The translations under genes were made by a program, and so were the position numbers. A model generated the notes under the pieces. That model worked only from the letters and a program-made list of their open reading frames with translations. It made no database searches and was not told the DNA's origin. DNA of 64,000 nucleotides. It comes from Spirochaetia bacterium. GTDB lineage: Bacteria; Spirochaetota; Spirochaetia; SZUA-6; Bin103. Location of the stretch: positions 448,001 through 512,000 of the forward strand of contig CBDAOI010000003.1 in NCBI GenBank assembly GCA_965198005.1, written 5' to 3'. This document shows positions 57,672 to 64,000 of this stretch, in pieces (positions within the stretch are counted from its first letter, which is position 1; every line of letters begins with the position of its first letter).

Positions 57672-57689
57672 GAGGAAGGAGCCGGGTGA

Positions 57690-58721
57690 GTGACGTTACA
57701 GATACATCTAGGAATTGAGGCGCACAAGAGACGTGGCCTGCTGGGCGATTTCTTTATCAGGCTGGTAAGAGAGAAGCCGCTCGGTACCGCCGGTGGGCTT
57801 GTCGTGCTGGTGCTGCTTTGCGCCGGCATCTTTGCCGATGTCCTGGCTCCTTATCCATATGCCGAGATCCACCTTGAGAGTATTCTGGAGGGCCCATCAG
57901 GCCAGTATCTTCTGGGTACCGACCAGTTAGGGCGGGATGTCCTCAGCCGCATTATCTATGGGGCTCGTGTTTCCGTGATTGTCGGTCTCGCGGCGACCAC
58001 TATTAGTGTATTGGGAGCTACAGCATTAGGTGGTCTTTGCGGATTCTTAGGCGGCAAACTTGACCTGATAGTCCAGAGGTTGGTCGATGCCTGGATGGCT
58101 TTCCCGGGATTGCTCGTATTGTTGACGATAATGTCCGTAGTGGGGCGGGGTGTGCCACAGCTGATAGTGGTCCTGGGGATAATAGGCTGGTTCGGTGGTT
58201 CAAGGGTATCCAGAAGCGCCGTTATTGGTATCAAGGAGAACATGTATATGATGGCGGCGAAGTCAATTGGCAGCCCAGCCTGGAGAACCCTTATACGGCA
58301 TGTCCTGCCCAATATGTTGGCTCCCGTAATCATCATGTTTACCACCGGGATAGGTGGTGTAATCCTGGCTGAGGCCTCTCTGAGCTTCCTCGGATATGGT
58401 CTGCCCCCCGATGTTCCCAGCTGGGGAGGTATGCTGAGCGGCGAAGGGCGTCGATTCATGGAGATGGCGCCACGGCTGGCTCTCTGGCCCGGTTTTTGCC
58501 TGAGTATTGTCGTCTACGGGACAAACATGTTTGGTGATGCACTGAGGGACCTGCTTGACCCGAGGCTCAGGGGCGGCGTCGGGCGTATGGGTGCCTATGG
58601 CGCGAAGTCGGTTAAGAACGCCATCAGGGGAACAAGACAGCACCAACCAAAAAATAACGACCAACTCAATCAAGTGGACCCTGCCACGCAACGGCTCATG
58701 GCGCCCAGGTTCCCATATTAG
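57690..58721 (+). CDS. DppC-type ABC permease
   Basis: LGTDQLGRDVLSRIIYGAR, EASLSFLG, PSWG, GDALRDLLDPR; start uncertain. Confidence 0.9.
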   Translation: MTLQIHLGIEAHKRRGLLGDFFIRLVREKPLGTAGGLVVLVLLCAGIFADVLAPYPYAEIHLESILEGPSGQYLLGTDQLGRDVLSRIIYGARVSVIVGLAATTISVLGATALGGLCGFLGGKLDLIVQRLVDAWMAFPGLLVLLTIMSVVGRGVPQLIVVLGIIGWFGGSRVSRSAVIGIKENMYMMAAKSIGSPAWRTLIRHVLPNMLAPVIIMFTTGIGGVILAEASLSFLGYGLPPDVPSWGGMLSGEGRRFMEMAPRLALWPGFCLSIVVYGTNMFGDALRDLLDPRLRGGVGRMGAYGAKSVKNAIRGTRQHQPKNNDQLNQVDPATQRLMAPRFPY

Positions 58722-58734
58722 CGGGGGGCCCATA

Positions 58735-59032
58735 ATGGCTGAAAGCGGGGGTGCTCGAAGAAAGCACGTTGAAACGAGCCGATACCGGAGCTCCTCAAGG
58801 CGGAGTGCTCAGCCCCATGCTCTCCAATATATTCCTGCACCATGTGCTGGATGAGTGGTTTGAGCGTGTGGCGAAGCCGCGGCTGAGCGGTTCGTGCCGA
58901 TTGGTGCGATTCGCTGACGATTTTGTGATGACCTTCGAAGACGACCACAGCGGCAAGCGCATGCTGGCCGTCCTGGGAAAACGGCTTGGCCGTTACGGGC
59001 TGGTCCTGCATGCGACCAAGACCCGGTATGTG
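58735..59032 (+). mobile_element. Group II intron reverse transcriptase internal fragment
   Basis: WLKAG..GAPQGGVLSPMLSNIFLH.VLD..RFADDF..GLVLHATKT. Confidence 0.88.
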
Positions 59033-59959
59033 GGTGCTGCGGCAGGACTACATCCGCACGGCCTGGTCAAAGGGGCTGAGGGAGAGAGCGGTCGTTGTCA
59101 GACACGCCATCAAGAACGCCCTCATCCCGATCGTCACTCTGGTTGGACTGCAGTTGCCCATCCTGGTGGGCGGCTCCGTTATCATGGAGAACATATTCAA
59201 CCTGCCGGGGTTGGGTCGTCTCATGCTGGCCGCGCTCACCGACAGGGATTACCCGATGGTCTCCGGAGTGAACCTGGTGTTCGGCACGGCGGTGGTCGGG
59301 GTGAATCTCATGGTCGACCTGCTCTATGGCTACCTGGATCCGAGGGCCCGTTATCAATGAGCGACCCCACCGCGGCACCGGGAGCCGCTTCTTTCTTCGT
59401 CAGGCTGTGGCGGGAGAAGTCACTCGGCACGATCAGCGGGATCATCATCCTGGTCGTGATCCCGGTGGCTATCCTGGCCGATGTCCTGGCCCCGTATGGA
59501 CCTGTTGAGCCGCGTCATCTACGGCGCGCGGCTGTCGATGGTCGTCGGTCTGGCCGCGACCGCGCTCAATGTCGTGGTTGCCCTCCTGATCGGCGGCACG
59601 TCGGGATTCTTTGGCGGCAAGTTGGACCTGGTGGTGCAGAGATTCGTCGATGCCTGGATGGCTATCCCGGGACTGCTCCTGCTGTTGACGATCATGTCCA
59701 TCGTGGTGGGGTGATCATCAGTGAGGCTTCGCTGAGCTTTCTCGGCTTCGGTCTGCCGGTCGGCGTTCCGAGCTGGGGTGCCATGCTCAGCCGGGAAGGG
59801 CGTGAGTACATGCAGCAGGCGCCATGGCTGGCGCTCTGGCCGGGCCTGTGCCTGACGATCGTGGTCTACAGCCTGAACATGTTCGGCGATGCGGTGCGCG
59901 ACCTGCTCGACCCGCGCCTCGGCGGTGGCGGCGGTCGTCTCGGTGCCGCCGCCGCCTGA
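59033..59959 (+). pseudogene. Second DppB 3' fragment plus internally deleted DppC
   Basis: VLRQDYIRTAWSKGL..DPRARYQ; MSDPT..REKSLG with deletions near 59500 and 59710. Confidence 0.85.
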
Positions 59960-60009
59960 GGACTACCACCGGCGGGCGCGACCTGCTGCTGGGCCGGGCT
60001 GCGCCGAGG

Positions 60010-60039
60010 TTGACAAGGCCAGACAATTGCCCCATATAT
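60010..60039 (+). promoter_or_regulatory. Possible sigma70 promoter of the dksA-like gene
   Basis: TTGACA-N17-CATATA. Confidence 0.45.
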
Positions 60040-60089
60040 GCGCAGCCCCGGTCACCGGCCGGGACCAAACGGACTGGGAGTCGAGGTAC

Positions 60090-60455
60090 GTGGATAGGCG
60101 TCTCACCGAGGACATGAAACAACGGCTGTTGGTGCTCAAGGAGGAAATCCTGGGTCACCTGGCCCAGGAGAACGCTGAGTTCCGGGAATTCTGGGAAAAC
60201 ATGGATCCCAAGGATCTGGTGGATGTCGCCGCGGAGGGCATCGACCGCAAGACCCTGGAAGCACTCGGCGCTCAGGAGACCCGGCGCCTCAACTTGGTGG
60301 AGTCTGCGCTCGCCCGCATTTCGAGCGGACACTACGGAGTATGCATGAAGTGCGGGTCGCGCATTCCAGTGGCGCGCCTGGAGGCGATACCCTACGCGCT
60401 GCTCTGCATCGGTTGTCAGTCCTCCGAGGAGCGGCGCGAGCGGCGCAACCGGTAG
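60090..60455 (+). CDS. dksA: DksA/TraR C4 zinc-finger protein
   Basis: DLVDVA, ALARI..YGVCMKCG.RIPVARLEAIP..LCIGCQ; GAGG RBS before GTG. Confidence 0.88.
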   Translation: MDRRLTEDMKQRLLVLKEEILGHLAQENAEFREFWENMDPKDLVDVAAEGIDRKTLEALGAQETRRLNLVESALARISSGHYGVCMKCGSRIPVARLEAIPYALLCIGCQSSEERRERRNR

Positions 60456-60537
60456 GGAGGGCCGGCCGCGGCGCCGGTGCGGCGGCTACCGCCCCAAGAC
60501 CGCCGCCCGGGATGGGCCAACAGCGGCACCCGGGGCG

Positions 60538-61068
60538 CTAGCGGGCCGCTTGCCGGATCGCGGTGGCGTGCAGGATCTCCTTGCCCAACGCCGCCAGGCG
60601 CGGGCCGTACCGGGACAGGCCGGTGTCCGCCTGCACCAGCGGCGGTGCCTGCACCGGATTCCGACTCAGCGTCAGATCGGGGTGCAGGAGAAACAGAACC
60701 ACCGCCTGCAGGTAGTAGTCGAAGAAGTCGGTCACGAGATGGATGGCGCCGCCCGGCCGCAGCCGGCAGGCCAGATCGGCCACCACGTCGCGGCGCAGCA
60801 GACGCCGGCGCCGGTGACGGCGTTTCGGCCACGGGTCGGGAAAGTAGACGTGCACGGCATCCAGCGCCGCCGGCGGGAGTTGCGCAAGCACCTCCTCGGC
60901 CCGGCCGCGGATGACCAGCCCATTCCGCGCGCCGGCCGCCGTCAGTTTGCGCGCGGCCTTGCGGCAGCGCTCGAGCTTGATCTCGGTGCCGATCGTCAGG
61001 GTCGTGGGATGCGCGCTGCAGTGGGCGGCCAGGAACTGTCCGCCGCCGCTGCCCACCTCCAACTCCAC
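60538..61068 (-). CDS. trmB: tRNA (guanine-N7)-methyltransferase; start may lie further upstream
   Basis: LEVGSGGG, YFPDPWPKRRHRRRRL, TD..Y. Confidence 0.9.
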   Translation of the reverse strand: MELEVGSGGGQFLAAHCSAHPTTLTIGTEIKLERCRKAARKLTAAGARNGLVIRGRAEEVLAQLPPAALDAVHVYFPDPWPKRRHRRRRLLRRDVVADLACRLRPGGAIHLVTDFFDYYLQAVVLFLLHPDLTLSRNPVQAPPLVQADTGLSRYGPRLAALGKEILHATAIRQAAR

Positions 61069-61169
61069 GCGCGCAGCACGTTCCAGCGCGGGCTGCAGGC
61101 GCGGAAGCTCGGACGGCGACCAGACGGTGCCTGCCTCGGCGGGGTCCAGCAGCGGTTGGAGCGTCGCGA

Positions 61170-61793
61170 CTAACCTTGGTTGCGGGCGAAGTCGACCGTT
61201 ATGCGGCGGCCCTTGAAGTTGGTTCCCGAGAGTAACGCGATGGCGTTCTGGGCCATCTGATCCGGCACCTCGATGAACGAGTAACTGTCCAGAATCCTGA
61301 TCGCCCCGAAGTCGGACGGCTGCACCGCTATCTTGGAGCTGAACAGTTCGGTCAACTCCTCGGGCTGGAGCTTGCGGTTGCGGCCCACGCTTACGAACAG
61401 GCGGCGCATGCCCTCCGGCGGCGCCGAGGTGTCGCGCGGCCGCGGCCGCCGCTCGGCGCGCGCCTCCCGTTCCGGGCGGCTGCTCCGGTAGGCGCGCGCG
61501 GACCGCTCGGGCCGCTCGGTGCGCGTGGCCGGGCGTGCGGCCACGGTACGCCGCGCGGCCGGCGCGGCATCGGTCAGCAGAGCCTTGATCATGTGTGCCG
61601 TCACGTAACCACGGAGATTGAACGGCACGTGCTTCCTGAACAGCTTGCGGTACTCTTTCAGTTCCTCAGGGTCATCCTGCTCGCGCACGGTCCGCACCAT
61701 GCGCTCCACTGCGGCCGTGACTTCTTCGGGCGATAATGGGGTGGCTTTCAACGTGACAGGTCTCCGGTACGAGTCTTCAGTATATAAAAGCAT
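61170..61793 (-). CDS. DbpA RNA-binding domain protein
   Basis: [29 protein letters not shown]. Confidence 0.85.
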   Translation of the reverse strand: MLLYTEDSYRRPVTLKATPLSPEEVTAAVERMVRTVREQDDPEELKEYRKLFRKHVPFNLRGYVTAHMIKALLTDAAPAARRTVAARPATRTERPERSARAYRSSRPEREARAERRPRPRDTSAPPEGMRRLFVSVGRNRKLQPEELTELFSSKIAVQPSDFGAIRILDSYSFIEVPDQMAQNAIALLSGTNFKGRRITVDFARNQG

Positions 61794-61829
61794 AGCACGG
61801 GTCGCGGGTTACTGCTATGCTCTCGGGGC

Positions 61830-62846
61830 ATGAAGGTTCACTACGAGGACGACATCGAACGGGAGTGGATCGCGGACCGGAAAGTCGCGGTCATCGGCTA
61901 TGGCAGCCAGGGGTTCGCGCACGCCAACAACTTGCGTGACTCGGGCGTGGAGGTGGCCGTGGGACTGCGCCCGGACAGCCTCAGCGCCGCCAAGGTGCGG
62001 GAGACCGGCATTCCCGTGCTCGAAACCGCCGAGGCCGCCGCCTGGGCCGACGCGGTCATGGTGCTGGTGCCCGATCACCTCCAGGCCGAGATCTACGAGC
62101 GTGACCTCAAGCCGGGCCTGACGGCCGGCAACAACCTGATGTTCGCGCACGGCTTCAACATCCACTTCGGTCTGATCGAGCCGGATGCCGACGTCGACGT
62201 CACGATGGTCGCCCCCAAGGGGCCGGGACACACCGTGCGCCGCCAGTTCGAGCTGGGCTATGGCGTGCCGTGTCTGGTGGCGGTCGCCAACGACGCCAGC
62301 GGCCACGGCAAGAATCTGGCGCTGGCCTACGCCGCCGCCATCGGCGGGGCCCGCGCCGGCGTGATCGAGACCAACTTCCGGGAGGAGACCGAGACCGATC
62401 TGTTCGGCGAGCAGTCGGTGCTGTGCGGCGGCCTCACCCACCTGATGCAGGCCGGTTACGACACGCTGGTGGAGGCCGGCTACGCGCCGGAGATGGCCTA
62501 CTTCGAGACCATCCACGAGGTCAAGCTGATCGTCGACCTGATCTACGAGGGCGGTATGTCGCTGATGCGCTACTCGGTGTCGGATACCGCCGAATACGGC
62601 GACTACGTGTCGGGCGCGCGCCTCATCGATGACCGCATCCGGGGCGAGATGAAGCGCATCCTGAGCGAGATCCAGGATGGCTCGTTCGCGCGCCGGTGGA
62701 TGGAGGAGAACCGCTCCGGGCGCGGGCGCTTCCTGCAGATGCGGTCGGAGCACGCCGGACACCAGCTCGAGCAGGTCGGCGCCCAGCTCCGTGCCATGAT
62801 GCCGTGGATCGCCAAGGACCGGCTGGTCGACAAGTCCCGGAACTGA
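61830..62846 (+). CDS. ilvC: Ketol-acid reductoisomerase
   Basis: [33 protein letters not shown]. Confidence 0.97.
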   Translation: MKVHYEDDIEREWIADRKVAVIGYGSQGFAHANNLRDSGVEVAVGLRPDSLSAAKVRETGIPVLETAEAAAWADAVMVLVPDHLQAEIYERDLKPGLTAGNNLMFAHGFNIHFGLIEPDADVDVTMVAPKGPGHTVRRQFELGYGVPCLVAVANDASGHGKNLALAYAAAIGGARAGVIETNFREETETDLFGEQSVLCGGLTHLMQAGYDTLVEAGYAPEMAYFETIHEVKLIVDLIYEGGMSLMRYSVSDTAEYGDYVSGARLIDDRIRGEMKRILSEIQDGSFARRWMEENRSGRGRFLQMRSEHAGHQLEQVGAQLRAMMPWIAKDRLVDKSRN

Positions 62847-62864
62847 AGTGCCGCCGAGTGCCGC

Positions 62865-63965
62865 CTACGGGAGGTAGACGCGCGGCACCCGCGCGGCCAC
62901 TGCGCAGGTGATCTCGTACGGGACGCTGCCAACCAGGCGGGCCAGGTCGGCCGCGCTGGGACCTGCCGGGTCCGGCCCGAACAGCACCGCCCGGTCATAG
63001 CGGGCTACCTCGGGATCGGGGCCGAGATCCACCATGCACTGGTCCATGCACACGCTGCCGACTACCGGATAACGGCGGCCGCGGATCAGCACCTCGGCGC
63101 GGTTCGACAGGGCGCGCGCGTAGCCGTCGCCGTAGCCCACCGGCAGGGTGGCGATGACGGTCGCCGTGCGCGGCCGGTAGGTCAGGCCGTAGGAGATGCC
63201 GGTGCCGGCCGCCACCCGCTTCAGGAACACCACCCGGGTCGCCAGTTCCATGACCGGCGTGACCGCGACCGTGCGCGGCTGGCAGTCGCCGGGGTAGTAG
63301 CCATAGGCGAGGATTCCCGGCCGTACCAGATCGAGATGGGCCGCCGGCAGGCCGGCGATGGCGGCCGAGTTGGCCGCGTGCCGCACCAGCCGCCGGTGGC
63401 CGGGGATCGCCTCGACCGCGGCCGTGAACGTGGCGAGCTGGGCCCGGGATGCGTTCTGATCCCGATCGGTCACGGCGAAGTGGGTGCAGACGCCGGTCAG
63501 CCGCAGGCCGCTCTGGTCGCGCAGCGCCTGCGCCACGGCCGGCGCGGCGCGCGGCGCACAGCCGATCCGGCCCATCCCGGTGTCGATCTTGAGGTGTACC
63601 TCCAGCGTGCGGTTGCGCCGGGCAGCGGCGCGCGCCAGATCGCGCCCCAGGGCGGCATCGGCGCACAAGCAGGTGAGGCGGGCGTCCACGATCGCGTCCG
63701 CCTCCTCCGGCAGCGGCAGGCTGAACAGCAGGATCGGTACGCTGATCCCCGCGTCGCGCAGCTCCACCCCCTCGGCCACGGTGGCCACGCCCAGGCAGGT
63801 CACGCCCGCCCGCAGCGCCGCGCGCGCCACCGGCACCGCCCCGTGTCCATAGGCGGCGGCTTTGACCGCGAGGCAGGTGCCGACCCGCGGCGGCAGCAGG
63901 CGGCGCAGGCGGTCGAGGTTGCGGCGGAGCTGCTCCAGGTTGATGGTCGCGCGCGTCGCCCGCAT
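62865..63965 (-). CDS. alr: Alanine racemase
   Basis: AVKAAAYGHG, KIDTGMGR, VRPGI, GYGDG, VCMDQ. Confidence 0.96.
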   Translation of the reverse strand: MRATRATINLEQLRRNLDRLRRLLPPRVGTCLAVKAAAYGHGAVPVARAALRAGVTCLGVATVAEGVELRDAGISVPILLFSLPLPEEADAIVDARLTCLCADAALGRDLARAAARRNRTLEVHLKIDTGMGRIGCAPRAAPAVAQALRDQSGLRLTGVCTHFAVTDRDQNASRAQLATFTAAVEAIPGHRRLVRHAANSAAIAGLPAAHLDLVRPGILAYGYYPGDCQPRTVAVTPVMELATRVVFLKRVAAGTGISYGLTYRPRTATVIATLPVGYGDGYARALSNRAEVLIRGRRYPVVGSVCMDQCMVDLGPDPEVARYDRAVLFGPDPAGPSAADLARLVGSVPYEITCAVAARVPRVYLP

Positions 63966-64000
63966 GGCGCCTGGTCAGCCCGGGCTCAGGCCGAGTGCCG

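Noticed and set aside
58735-59032. RT as the core of a DGR or retron diversifying the adhesins
   Set aside because: Motifs are group II intron type (PQGG, FADD), the gene is a fragment, and no template/variable pair with adenine-specific changes was seen

Overview
High-GC bacterial DNA. A Spirochaetota-like, probably sponge- or invertebrate-associated symbiont is inferred from the [11 protein letters not shown]-type IF-1, the stand-alone DbpA-domain protein and the many eukaryote-like surface domains; this is not proven. Positions 1-38.9 kb are an accessory region. Six same-strand copies or remnants of an AAA-ATPase/PD-(D/E)XK (DUF1703-type) gene alternate with secreted or surface cargo. The cargo includes a disrupted SRCR-FN3-LRR gene, a ~4,190-aa LRR/cadherin/Ig/Calx-beta autotransporter-like adhesin with nine 831-bp repeats, two further paralogues of its C-terminal half, lipoproteins, alkaline phosphatase and an S8 protease. 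Rpn nuclease genes, IS and toxin-antitoxin remnants and a methyltransferase-AlbA_2 pair also lie here. Positions 39-64 kb are mostly core genes: metE, rmuC, argJ, a moxR/bat operon, infA, a dksA-like gene, trmB, ilvC and alr. These are interrupted by a low-GC HD-phosphohydrolase/YwgA-like islet and a low-GC peptide ABC transporter with a group II intron RT remnant. Many accessory genes carry frameshifts or deletions while core genes look intact, so assembly artefact cannot be excluded. Domain calls are by motif recognition only; no searches were run.
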